A stretch of DNA of 64,000 nt from an uncultured delta proteobacterium (GCA_963785235.1 CAWAUM010000005.1:128001-192000); one strand, 5' to 3'; positions 45,544 to 55,404 are shown, counted from the stretch's first letter. Notes: generated by a model not told the origin, from the sequence alone. Numbers and translations: made by a program.

Positions 45544-45709
45544 ACAATGGGTAAGAAAGCGGGGTATAATCTCTGGGTCGGAAAGGGAGACTTAATAAGC
45601 CTTTATTGTTTCTACCTGACTTCAGTTATGAATACAGTTCGCTCCCCAAGTTCAATGCTGTACTAGAAAAGGTCGCTGACCTTGATCTGCTGGGGGATAA
45701 GTATCGGCC

Positions 45710-47590
45710 ATGTTTCCTGACTATTTTGAATTCAGCCTTCCGACAAAACTGATCTATGGCATTGGGGTCTTAGGTAAGCTCGAAAATCTCATCAAGCCTT
45801 TCGGTGTGCGCAAGGCCATACTGGTGACAGATAAAATACTGGCCAAGGCAGGGCCTGTAGGCAAGGTCAAGGAAGGGTTCAAGGGCAGCAACATAGATAT
45901 TGTATGCACCTTTGACAAGGTCCCACCCAACTCCACCATCAATACCGTTGAAGATTGCGCCCTCTTGGCCAAAAAGAACGGCTGTAACATGATTATTGCC
46001 GTTGGTGGCGGGAGTGTAATCGATACGGCCAAGGTAGCAAACATCCTTATTGTTAAGGGTGGGCGAGTCGAGGACCACATGGGCGCCTACCTTCTTGACA
46101 AGAATGAAGTATTGTTACCCACTATTTTCATTCCCACGACCGCCGGAACAGGATCGGAGGTAACGAAGGTTGCCGTCATTGCAGATCCCGACCATGATGT
46201 GAAGCTTCCTTTTGCAGAAGATCAGTTCCTGCCCAACCTGGCCATTCTCGATCCCGAGGTAACTGTGTCCATGCCCCCCATGCTCACAGCCACTACGGGA
46301 ATGGATGCCCTTACGCATGCCATTGAGGCATATGTAGACAAAGAATGGTCGCCAGCCTCGGATGCCATGGCGCTGCATGCTATTAAACTCATTATCAACA
46401 ATCTTCTCTTGGCATGCGCTCATCCTGAAAACTTACAGGCCAGGGGTGGCATGCTCATTGGAAGTTTCCTGGCAGGGGTGGCATTCTCTCATTCCATGGT
46501 GGGAATGACCCATGGTATTGCCCATGCCCTTGGGGGTGTTTATCACATCCCCCACGGTCTTGCCAATGCCTTGGTACTGCCCGAGGTTATGGAATACAAC
46601 CTGGAATCACAACCGGAGCGTTTTGCCGATATCGCAATTGCCCTGGGCATCAATTTTCCACAGGTGGTCACAGAAAGCAGGAATCTGCTCAAGTCCGACT
46701 CCATGGACATCTTCATCAAGCTCTTTAGGAAAATGGATTTTACCTACCTGAGGGATAAATTAATCAGCGCATCCTCCTGGCTGCGCGGATCTGCAGCCGA
46801 TGCTGTGGGCAACCTCGATTTCATTGACCATTGGTTTCGACACCAGGCTGCCCGGGCAGGTATTGAAAAGATCCGAATGCTGAACCGTCAGCTTGCCTAT
46901 CTCACCAAGATGCCGCTTAACCTTGAACAGGCGGGCGTTCAAGACGACCTGGCAAGACTTGATCAGGTTGTAGCAACAGCCATGGAAGACGGTTCCATGC
47001 TCTACAACCCCATCGAACCGACACGGGAGATGGTCGAGGATATCATCAAGAAGATATTTGTGTCAGAAGCCAAACCGCAGCCTGTTTCACGTGAAGACCT
47101 GCACCCCCAGGATACGACCCTTGGGGGAGGTGACATGACCAATGTCTTTAAAGACTCAAAGATGCTCTACGACGTTCTTATAGGATTCTACAAAGAACTT
47201 AAGGATGATCCTGATATCGGACCGGCACTGGCTGAGACCAACATGATAGTGCAGTTCATATATAAAAACCCTTCCGCTGTTATCACCATTGATTCTACCG
47301 GAGACGATATCGTCATTCACAAGGGTGACTTTGCAGGGAAACCCGAGGTCAGCATGACAATGAATGCCGATTTTGCACACAAATTTTGGCATGGCAGGGC
47401 CAACCTTGTGACTGCCTTGACCCTCAGGCAGGTCAGCGCCAAGGGGAATGTTCCGAAGACATTGAAACTGTTGCCGATATTGAAACCGGCCTATGAAAAA
47501 TATCCACGCTTCCTCAAGGCCAAGGGTTTGGAGCACCTGGTCATGTATTCGATGGAAACCGAAAAAGAGGATCAAGAAGAGGACCTATGA
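45710..47590 (+). CDS. Iron-containing alcohol dehydrogenase fused to a C-terminal SCP2 lipid-binding domain
   Basis: GGGSVID, PTTAGTGSE, metal ligands GMDALTH, THGIAH, PHG; C-terminal ADFAHKFWHG.ANLVTAL..RQVSAKGN. Confidence 0.88.
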   Translation: MFPDYFEFSLPTKLIYGIGVLGKLENLIKPFGVRKAILVTDKILAKAGPVGKVKEGFKGSNIDIVCTFDKVPPNSTINTVEDCALLAKKNGCNMIIAVGGGSVIDTAKVANILIVKGGRVEDHMGAYLLDKNEVLLPTIFIPTTAGTGSEVTKVAVIADPDHDVKLPFAEDQFLPNLAILDPEVTVSMPPMLTATTGMDALTHAIEAYVDKEWSPASDAMALHAIKLIINNLLLACAHPENLQARGGMLIGSFLAGVAFSHSMVGMTHGIAHALGGVYHIPHGLANALVLPEVMEYNLESQPERFADIAIALGINFPQVVTESRNLLKSDSMDIFIKLFRKMDFTYLRDKLISASSWLRGSAADAVGNLDFIDHWFRHQAARAGIEKIRMLNRQLAYLTKMPLNLEQAGVQDDLARLDQVVATAMEDGSMLYNPIEPTREMVEDIIKKIFVSEAKPQPVSREDLHPQDTTLGGGDMTNVFKDSKMLYDVLIGFYKELKDDPDIGPALAETNMIVQFIYKNPSAVITIDSTGDDIVIHKGDFAGKPEVSMTMNADFAHKFWHGRANLVTALTLRQVSAKGNVPKTLKLLPILKPAYEKYPRFLKAKGLEHLVMYSMETEKEDQEEDL

Positions 47591-47847
47591 AACAGGGGGC
47601 ATTGTTTTCAATAAGACATAGGATTAGAGAAAATACCCCGGGAAAGTATTATATTACTGAACAATGTATCGGTTGCTCACTCTGCTATGAATTATCGCCT
47701 AAAAATATCGGAATGAATCTGGATGAAGGTTATGGTTTCGTATTCAAACAGCCTGAAACGCAGGAGGATGAAGCACGATGTCTGAAAGCCATGCTATCCT
47801 GTCCTGCAGACGCCATAAGGGATGATGGATTTGGGCCATTGAAATAA
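47587..47847 (+). CDS. Single-cluster ferredoxin
   Basis: CIGCSLC...P and SCPADAI; ATGA overlap with the ADH stop. Confidence 0.9.
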   Translation: MKQGALFSIRHRIRENTPGKYYITEQCIGCSLCYELSPKNIGMNLDEGYGFVFKQPETQEDEARCLKAMLSCPADAIRDDGFGPLK

Positions 47848-47862
47848 CAAAGGGGGATTATC

Positions 47863-50070
47863 ATGAAAAAGATCATCAGCATCAGCCTTGGAACAAGCGA
47901 ACGGGATTACGAGATCACCACGAAATTTTTAGGCAAGGATTTTTTTATAAAACGTATGGGCACCGATGGCGATGCGAATGAAATGGTTGAGCTCCTATAT
48001 GACTGGGAGCAGCAGGCCGACGCCATCGGACTTGCTGGTATAAAGTTTCCCAGTGAACTGGGCTTCAAGCGCAAAGCTGAAAAGCGCGACATTCGGATCA
48101 AAGAATTAAGTTCCGAACTCAAAATACCCGTCACCACCGGAGAGGCATTCAGAAATGTAGCCCAGGAGTGGGTCGCCCGCTATGTTCAGGAAACGCAGAA
48201 AGATTTTTTCACCAATGCCAGGGTCCTGGTCCTTTCCGGGATGACCGACTACAGCGTTGCAGCTGTCATTAACGGATATACGGATAATATACAGTTCGCC
48301 GACCCGGTCTTTGATCATGGAATTCCAAAATTTATCAATTCTTTAAAAGATATGGAGCTCTATGCCAAAGGGATACATGATGTGCTCTCCCTGTCCCCGG
48401 CCAAGGTGATATCTACTTCTTTGCCAATGGTTAATGAATGGAACAAATACATCTTACGGAAGGCAATGCAGAAGGCCACGGTTATAGTCGTCCCGTATGA
48501 GGGTTTTTATAAATATCTGGATAAGTGCACCCTGGAGGAACTGGGCGGTAAGATCATCCTCACATCCACTGCATATGATGATCGGGTCGAATTCCTGAAG
48601 AAGAGAGGCGTGGATGTCATTGTCGATGCCACTCCCCAGATACTTGATCGGATGGTCCAGGTGGATGTTCTCGAGGCTATGGTCATTGCAGCCTTGGGTA
48701 AGAAAGATGCCAAGATAAACAACGATGATCTTCTGGAGGTCATCAGCGAACAGGGCATACATCCCAGGATAGTCTATCCTTCCGGAAAGGTCAGGCGCGT
48801 GAACCGCTTTTCTTTTGTCATTCACCCCCTGTCCCAGGAACACCTGAAAAAGGAAAAGGCAGTGGAACTGATCGCCAGCATGACGCCTCCCGTAGCCATG
48901 GACGCTGTGGAGAAGATTATCGCCTATGCCCCGCCGTTTGTTTACTCCAAGGTGACCGGGATCAAATCTCCTACCGGAGTGGAAGCGGAAGGATGGCTGA
49001 TTACCGTTGGCGGAACGCCCAAGCAAATGCTCTCCCATCCGCCCGAGTTTACCTACAAGCGACTATTAGAGGCTGCTGCCATGTCCAAAAGGATGGGTGC
49101 ACAGATCATGGGTCTGGGGGCTTTTACCAAGGTCGTTGGTGATGCAGGGGTTACGGTGGCAAAGCTTGCGGATATTCCTATTACCACAGGAAACTCTTAC
49201 AGCGCATCTGGTGCGCTCTGGGCCGCAGCCGATGCAGTGCGTCGTATGGGTCTGATCAAGATCGAAGAGGGAAAGAAGATTAAGGCAAAGACCATGGTCA
49301 TCGGGGCCACAGGTGCCATCGGGTCGGTTTGCTGTCGTTTGCTTGCTCTTGCCTTTGAGAGTGTCTACATGGTCGATATCCGTGATGCCAGGCTTCTCAC
49401 CTTGAGAGATTCCATATTGAAGGAGACCCCGGATGTAGATATTCATGTCTCCACGAGGGCTGATAAGTACGTAGGAGATATGGATGTGATTGTAACGGCC
49501 ACATCTGCCGCAGGGAAGAAGATACTCCACATCGAGAAGGTCAAGCCGGGATGTGTCATCACCGACGTGGCCCGCCCGCTCGACCTGTCTCGGGAGGATG
49601 TGGCCAAGCGACCTGATGTGTTGTATATTGAATCCGGGGAAATTCTCCTGCCGGGTAATCCTAAATTCAAGGAAATCGGCCTGCCGCCGAAGGTTGCCTT
49701 TGCCTGTCTTGCTGAAACCATCGTCCTAGCCCTTGAGGGTCGTTTTGAAGTCTTCACCATAGGCCGTGAGATCGAATGGCAAAAGGTGAAGGAAATTTAT
49801 AAAATGGGCCTGAAGCACGGCATGAAGCTAGCCGCTATATCAGGTGTAAACGGGGTTTACAGCGATCAAGATATCAAAAAGGTTGTAACACTAGCCCTCA
49901 AAGCGAGAGCCAAGTGGAAAAAAGCAGAGGAAAAGCCACCCTTAAAGAAAGTTGCGACAAAAGGGGCGACCTCACCGAATAAAGTATCCAGCAAGACAAA
50001 GGCCACCGCCAAAAAAACAGCGGTGAAAGGTAAACCGGCCACTGGTGCTTCTCAAGAGAGAACCATTTGA
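47863..50070 (+). CDS. Two-domain protein with C-terminal long-chain acyl-ACP/CoA reductase (AAR)-like domain
   Basis: FVIHP, GLGAFT, ITTGNSY, VIGATGAIGS, DVARP, FACLAETIVLALEG, KHG; Lys/Ala-rich tail. Confidence 0.75.
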   Translation: MKKIISISLGTSERDYEITTKFLGKDFFIKRMGTDGDANEMVELLYDWEQQADAIGLAGIKFPSELGFKRKAEKRDIRIKELSSELKIPVTTGEAFRNVAQEWVARYVQETQKDFFTNARVLVLSGMTDYSVAAVINGYTDNIQFADPVFDHGIPKFINSLKDMELYAKGIHDVLSLSPAKVISTSLPMVNEWNKYILRKAMQKATVIVVPYEGFYKYLDKCTLEELGGKIILTSTAYDDRVEFLKKRGVDVIVDATPQILDRMVQVDVLEAMVIAALGKKDAKINNDDLLEVISEQGIHPRIVYPSGKVRRVNRFSFVIHPLSQEHLKKEKAVELIASMTPPVAMDAVEKIIAYAPPFVYSKVTGIKSPTGVEAEGWLITVGGTPKQMLSHPPEFTYKRLLEAAAMSKRMGAQIMGLGAFTKVVGDAGVTVAKLADIPITTGNSYSASGALWAAADAVRRMGLIKIEEGKKIKAKTMVIGATGAIGSVCCRLLALAFESVYMVDIRDARLLTLRDSILKETPDVDIHVSTRADKYVGDMDVIVTATSAAGKKILHIEKVKPGCVITDVARPLDLSREDVAKRPDVLYIESGEILLPGNPKFKEIGLPPKVAFACLAETIVLALEGRFEVFTIGREIEWQKVKEIYKMGLKHGMKLAAISGVNGVYSDQDIKKVVTLALKARAKWKKAEEKPPLKKVATKGATSPNKVSSKTKATAKKTAVKGKPATGASQERTI

Positions 50071-50083
50071 TTCAATAGTTCGT

Positions 50084-50121
50084 TTGTTCAGGGTGGAGTT
50101 TTTTCTATCCACCCTGAACAA
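50084..50121 (+). terminator. Stem-loop after the reductase gene
   Basis: Perfect 14-bp stem TTGTTCAGGGTGGA/TCCACCCTGAACAA; no clear U tract. Confidence 0.6.
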
Positions 50122-50276
50122 CCTGCTCTAGATGTAGACAGAGGCATCACTGATCTTTGAAATTTAGAATACAGCAACCCGCTTCTGTGTGTTGGAATCT
50201 TGACATATTTTTGCTAATATGATTATTCATAATGTGAAATTAAGGAAATAGATGAAATATTCCGAGTCAAAAGGGC

Positions 50277-52145
50277 ATGATGAACTATAACCTATCTCCA
50301 GTGACCCTTTCAGAACAATCATTCCTTCCCGATCAAGAATTAATATTCATCCCTGAGTTGGAAGAGCAGGTCTTTGATTTTATAAGTAAAATATGGCACT
50401 CCTTTGTCAACAAGACCGTTTCGCTTACCTTCACTGAAAGGGACTATTGTTTCGACTATGGTTTGTTCGAAGTTATCGATGGTGAAGACACTCGCATCGC
50501 CGCTGTTTCCAGCCAAGTCCGGTTAGGTGACATCGCGAAGCAGAGGATACCCAAGGAGTTTGCTCAATTCAAAAAGATGACCCGTTCCACACCATTGAGC
50601 TACAAGACCAGCTTAACATCGAATATCCTCAGGGAAGCCATCATCAACAAAGGAATCGGAGAAAAGCCTCCCGTAGTCACGGTAGATCTGAGAAATGACA
50701 AGCGGGTCCACCCTAAGCTGAAAGAAATTATTACTGAGGATATGAACTTCAGTGTTGGTATAACACTCTTTTTCGGCGAAAATCCCATCGGCGTCCTGTG
50801 GGGTGTCCGTCGGGATCCATTGACTCCCAAACAGAAAGCGCTTTTATTTCCCCAGTTGCATTCCTTGAGCAATGGTATCTCAACTATTATGGCCCTGGAG
50901 TTCAACAGGGGTAAATATAATTTCAGATCTGTCCGGAAAACCATAGAAAAGATCGATACCAACTCCAGCATCCTCAATCTTTTCTATACAAAAAAAGCCG
51001 GCCAATCTACCCCGGTACGAACGATCATCGGAAGATCAAATCTTTTTAATTCTAAATTCCGGCTGGATGCGAGCTACGTTGTCCCCACATCGCACGGTTA
51101 TTCCATCAGTTTGAAACGGTTTTTACCCGAACGTGAAAATAAATCAGGGAAAACACTGCTCATGATCCCCGGATTCTTTTGCAATCGCTCGATATTCGAT
51201 CAGATGGCCAGGGAGATGGCGTTCAGATACGGGTATAAGGTTATCTCCCTTGACTGCCGGGGAAGGGCCAAAAGTACTCTGCCGGACGGCTGGTTTAACA
51301 AGGCCTGGTCTATTGACGATTTTATTAACGAAGACTTTCCCAAGGCATTAGCCTGGATACATGAACAGTATCCTGATGAACGTATAGTGGTTTACGGTCA
51401 TAGCATGGGCGGAATCATCGCCCGTTGTTACACAGGTTCATATCAGGCAATTCAGCAGATGACAAACCGCGATGATTTGCCCGACCCGGACACCCACATA
51501 GCAGGTATTGTCTCTATTGCCTCACCGGATTATGTGGATGTGAAACTCGGTATTCCCGGCACCAATCTCATGAGATATTGTACGAAGCTCATTCCGGAAA
51601 GCTTTAACCTGCATACTATGACCGGTAATGTCTTCAACAGGCTTCTTGCCCTGTCCATATCAAAAGTAGTCCCTACGATTAACCTGAAAAATATATTTTC
51701 CCACCTTTTTGATTTCCATGAATCCATACGCCAGCTCACTTTCGATCTGAGCACCCGGGTCCTTTCTCTTCATGACATTATCGGTTTTCCGCAGATTACA
51801 CCCCCAGAGGTCTATCTGTTGATGGAAGACATCATCTGCGAGGAATCCACCAAGGTGATGATACAATTCTTACGCTCTCAGGTTTTCGGCAACAGCATCA
51901 TGTCTTTCGACGGAAAAATCAATTATACTGAAAATCTGAAGAATATAAAATTACCTGTCTTTCACATCATGGGCAGCCTTGATATAATTGCCCCTCCCGA
52001 TACCATCAAATATGGTTACAATGCAATTTCATCCACCAATAAGCATCTGAAGGAATTCAAACAAGGGCATATCGGACTGGTCATGAATCCGAAAACCGTC
52101 CGGGAAATTGCAAAAACCACTGATCAATGGATAGACACACTTTAA
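50277..52145 (+). CDS. GAF-like domain fused to Ser alpha/beta hydrolase
   Basis: GAF-like VGITLFFGENPIGVLWG; hydrolase IPGFFCN, GHSMGG, GSLDIIAP, GHIGL. Confidence 0.78.
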   Translation: MMNYNLSPVTLSEQSFLPDQELIFIPELEEQVFDFISKIWHSFVNKTVSLTFTERDYCFDYGLFEVIDGEDTRIAAVSSQVRLGDIAKQRIPKEFAQFKKMTRSTPLSYKTSLTSNILREAIINKGIGEKPPVVTVDLRNDKRVHPKLKEIITEDMNFSVGITLFFGENPIGVLWGVRRDPLTPKQKALLFPQLHSLSNGISTIMALEFNRGKYNFRSVRKTIEKIDTNSSILNLFYTKKAGQSTPVRTIIGRSNLFNSKFRLDASYVVPTSHGYSISLKRFLPERENKSGKTLLMIPGFFCNRSIFDQMAREMAFRYGYKVISLDCRGRAKSTLPDGWFNKAWSIDDFINEDFPKALAWIHEQYPDERIVVYGHSMGGIIARCYTGSYQAIQQMTNRDDLPDPDTHIAGIVSIASPDYVDVKLGIPGTNLMRYCTKLIPESFNLHTMTGNVFNRLLALSISKVVPTINLKNIFSHLFDFHESIRQLTFDLSTRVLSLHDIIGFPQITPPEVYLLMEDIICEESTKVMIQFLRSQVFGNSIMSFDGKINYTENLKNIKLPVFHIMGSLDIIAPPDTIKYGYNAISSTNKHLKEFKQGHIGLVMNPKTVREIAKTTDQWIDTL

Positions 52146-52171
52146 TGTTTGACTTTTTTAAGATTTAAATC

Positions 52172-52200
52172 TTGACTTGAACAGGTTTACCCTTTAAAAT
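52172..52200 (+). promoter_or_regulatory. Sigma70-type promoter for WS/DGAT-phasin
   Basis: TTGACT-N17-TAAAAT, 35 nt upstream of the ATG. Confidence 0.65.
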
Positions 52201-52235
52201 TAAAGTCTTTTCACATGCTCGCTGGAGGTGACTAT

Positions 52236-53708
52236 ATGGGGCGCACTGTAAAGCTTGAACCTATGTCGAGTATCGACAGTTTCTGGTTAAGCATGGACGA
52301 ACCGACCAACCTCATGGTCATTACGGGCATTATGGAATTTGATGAAATGCTCGATTTTTCTTCGCTGCGGGCACTGTTTGAAAAACGCCTGCTGTGTTAT
52401 GACCGTTTCAGGCAGAGGGTCGTATGGCCGACATCTAAACTGGGCAGACCATTCTGGGATGAAGACCCCAATTTCGATATCCGAAACCACATTTCCCGCG
52501 TGGCACTGCCGACCCCCAGGGATAAAGCCACCCTGCAGCGCATGATAAGCGATCTCTCCATTATCCCCCTGGATAAGACAAAACCGCTATGGCAGATTCA
52601 CCTTATTGAAAACTATGGCCAGGGGTGTGTCCTATTTGCGCGGATACACCATGCCATCGCCGATGGGATCGCTCTTATACGTGTATTGCTTTCCATGGCT
52701 GACACGGAACCGAATCTGTCTTATCTAAGCACGGATGATACAGGCGAAGAAGAGGGTGTCAGACAGCAAAAGCGGCAGTCGGGTTTAAATCTTTTCATGC
52801 GGGCAGCCCTGAACACCACTGTCAAGACCACGGGGTTTGTGTACGACGAAGTCATGAAGACCATAGCAGCCCCATCTCATCTGCCAAAAATGGCCAAGCT
52901 CTATGGGGAAATAGGCTTGGAAAGCTCCACCGTTTTGACAAAACTCGCTCTGATGCCCTCTGATTCCAAGACATCCCTGAAAGGAAAGCTGGGGGCACAG
53001 AAAAGTGTCTGCTGGTCCTCCCCAATGCCCCTGGCCAGCGTCAAGCAGATCGGTGTATATTTCAGGTGCACGATCAACGATGTCCTTATGGCCGCTGTTT
53101 CAGGGGCGATCAGGAGATATCTCCTGGAAAAGGGCGATGATCTGGATGATGCGGAGGTACGGGTGGCCATACCGGTCAATGTCCGTCCTGAAAGTTTTGA
53201 AATTGAACTGGGTAATCAATTCAGTCTTGTGATATTGTCTCTCCCGGTCAACATGGATGATCCGGTTCGCAGATTACGTGAGACGAGAAAGAGAATGCGA
53301 TCCATCAAGGAGTCTGCCGAGGCCTTTGTAGGGTTCCAGGTCATGAAGATCATGGGCATTCCCCCCCAAGCCCTTTCAAGGAAGGGGGCTAGATTCTTTG
53401 CCAGTAAGTTCACCGGTATTCTTTCAAATGTCCCCGGGCCCAGGCAAGCGCTCTATTTCACCGATAAAAGGATTAAAAACATGATGTTCTGGGTCCCCCG
53501 CTCAGGGGATGTGGCCATCGGTATCAGTATCATCAGCTATGCCGGCGAAGTGACACTCGGAATTGCCACAGATACCCGTGTCGCACCTGACCCTGAAAAG
53601 ATAACAGAATATTTCAGTGAAGAATTTTCTCATTTACTGCAGCTGGCAAAGGAGGATGTACTGCACAGATCTTCTCCGAGCGACCAAACTTCAGAACAAT
53701 CACCATGA
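52236..53708 (+). CDS. Wax ester synthase/diacylglycerol acyltransferase (WS/DGAT)
   Basis: KPLW, catalytic HHAIADG (HHxxxDG), TINDVLMA, PVNVR, GNQ, SNVPGP, ISIISYAG. Confidence 0.95.
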   Translation: MGRTVKLEPMSSIDSFWLSMDEPTNLMVITGIMEFDEMLDFSSLRALFEKRLLCYDRFRQRVVWPTSKLGRPFWDEDPNFDIRNHISRVALPTPRDKATLQRMISDLSIIPLDKTKPLWQIHLIENYGQGCVLFARIHHAIADGIALIRVLLSMADTEPNLSYLSTDDTGEEEGVRQQKRQSGLNLFMRAALNTTVKTTGFVYDEVMKTIAAPSHLPKMAKLYGEIGLESSTVLTKLALMPSDSKTSLKGKLGAQKSVCWSSPMPLASVKQIGVYFRCTINDVLMAAVSGAIRRYLLEKGDDLDDAEVRVAIPVNVRPESFEIELGNQFSLVILSLPVNMDDPVRRLRETRKRMRSIKESAEAFVGFQVMKIMGIPPQALSRKGARFFASKFTGILSNVPGPRQALYFTDKRIKNMMFWVPRSGDVAIGISIISYAGEVTLGIATDTRVAPDPEKITEYFSEEFSHLLQLAKEDVLHRSSPSDQTSEQSP

Positions 53709-53764
53709 AGGATTGTTGAGCTGTGTTGATCCTTGTTTGATAAAAAATAAAAAGAGGGGGGATT

Positions 53765-54247
53765 ATGGCTGACAAGAAAACAACATCCAAAGCAAAACCA
53801 AAAACCGTTGCAAAACCTGTAACCAAAGCAAAACCCGTATCCAAGAAAGAAGATGTAGCTGATGCGGCTAACAAGATCTGGAAGGCCGGCCTTGGTGCTC
53901 TGCGTACAGCCGAGGAGGAGGGCTCGAGGATCTTCAAATCCCTTATGGAGAAGGGTGAGGATTTTCAGAACGCAAGCAGGAAAGGGAGCCAGAAGCAGAT
54001 CGACAAGGTGAGTAAGATTATTAAAGGGGGCGTAGGGTCCGTAAAGGGGAAAATCGATGACATCACAGATCAGAAGGAAGGCATTTGGGAAGTACTGAAA
54101 TTGGAAGATGCCTTCACCTCAGTCATGAAAACCTTTGGGGTAGCCACGAATAAAGAGATTGATATACTGAAAAAGAAGATTGATGCCCTTTCAAAGGTCG
54201 TCAACGAACTGAGAGGAGATTCTCAGAAGCCACCTGTAAAGAAATAA
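53765..54247 (+). CDS. Phasin (PhaF/PhaI-like granule-associated protein)
   Basis: KIWKAGLGA...EEEGSRIFKSLMEKGE, GVATNKEIDIL..KIDAL; N-terminal AKP repeats. Confidence 0.85.
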   Translation: MADKKTTSKAKPKTVAKPVTKAKPVSKKEDVADAANKIWKAGLGALRTAEEEGSRIFKSLMEKGEDFQNASRKGSQKQIDKVSKIIKGGVGSVKGKIDDITDQKEGIWEVLKLEDAFTSVMKTFGVATNKEIDILKKKIDALSKVVNELRGDSQKPPVKK

Positions 54248-54267
54248 GCCGTGCAATGCAATAAATC

Positions 54268-54320
54268 ATAAGATGAAAGGAGGTGACATGGGCAGGCAAT
54301 GTCACTTCCTTTCATCTTAT
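54268..54320 (+). promoter_or_regulatory. 22-bp hairpin between the phasin and hydrolase genes
   Basis: ATAAGATGAAAGGAGGTGACAT / ATGTCACTTCCTTTCATCTTAT (21 Watson-Crick pairs plus one G-U), 9-nt loop. Confidence 0.7.
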
Positions 54321-54365
54321 ACCCTGCACAATTCCATGGAATCATTATCATAAAGGAAATTGTAG

Positions 54366-55404
54366 ATGAATCATATAAGGAGATACCGTTATCTTTTGAC
54401 ATACGGGCTGTGGTTCATGATTCTCGCAGGTTGCGGCCTCATTCTCAAGATGTGGTTAAATTCGCGCTTACGCCACAAAGCCGGAGAAATCCCGGAAAGA
54501 CAGATTATTGTGCCGACACCCGAGGATCATTTCGTGAAGATCGGGAAAAGTTGCTACCACTACACGGAATATCCGGCAATCGGAAAGGATATCCTTTTCA
54601 TACACGGCTTTGCCTCATCAACCTACACGTGGGAGAAAGTGGCCCCAGTACTCAATAAGCTGGGATACCATGTCTGGGCCTTGGACGTAAAAGGCTTTGG
54701 CTGGTCTGATAAGCCAAAGGATACATCATACGATATTTTAACATTGACTGAAGAGGTTTATCAATGGATGGAGGCTCTTGGTTTAGATGACGTCGTGCTT
54801 GTGGGTAATTCCCTCGGGGGTGGAATTGCAACGCTTATGGCCCTCCTGCATCCGGAAAAAGTCGGCCGTATGGTACTTATTGATGCTGCAGCCTACGATA
54901 CAAAATTTCCTTTGATAATGGAACTGGCTCGTTTGCCGTTGTCTGCTCAAATGACGAAACTGTTCTTCAGCCATTGGGTGGTAAAGCAAACATTATCCGA
55001 GGTCTATCATCATAAAGCCTGGATAACGAAAGATCAGGTGGATGCTTATTATGACAGGCTGCGAACAGATAATGCCCTGAACGCCCAGATTGCAGTAGTG
55101 AGGGCCCTGGAGTTCTCCAGAGTGGAGAAATATGTCGATCGAATACCGGAAATAAAATCCAAGACCCTGATCATCTGGGGCGAACATGACGGATGGATTC
55201 CGCTTGAGTAGCGCTTACAGGTTCAAGGCGGAACTCCGGGACTCAACCCTTGTAATCATACCGGAGTGTGGTCACATGCCGCAGGAGGAATTTCCGGATA
55301 TTACGGTAAGACTGATTGATGCCTTCATTCAGGACAAGCCTGTGGCAGGTATTAATGAATCTAAAACAACAGATGGTTTGCAAGAACAGGCATCTCTCAA
55401 CTAA
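54366..55404 (+). CDS. Membrane-anchored alpha/beta hydrolase (lipase/esterase) (frameshift near 55208)
   Basis: N-terminal TM, IHGF, GFGWS, GNSLGG, WGEHD; catalytic CGHMPQEE in another frame. Confidence 0.88.

Noticed and set aside
47863-50070. Cyanobacterial-type alkane pathway, or shikimate/quinate dehydrogenase
   Set aside because: No aldehyde-deformylating oxygenase in the window; AroE motifs (such as NTD) are absent and the context is lipid-related
50277-52145. PHA synthase call suggested by the nearby phasin
   Set aside because: Nucleophile box has Ser (GHSMGG), not the Cys required in PhaC
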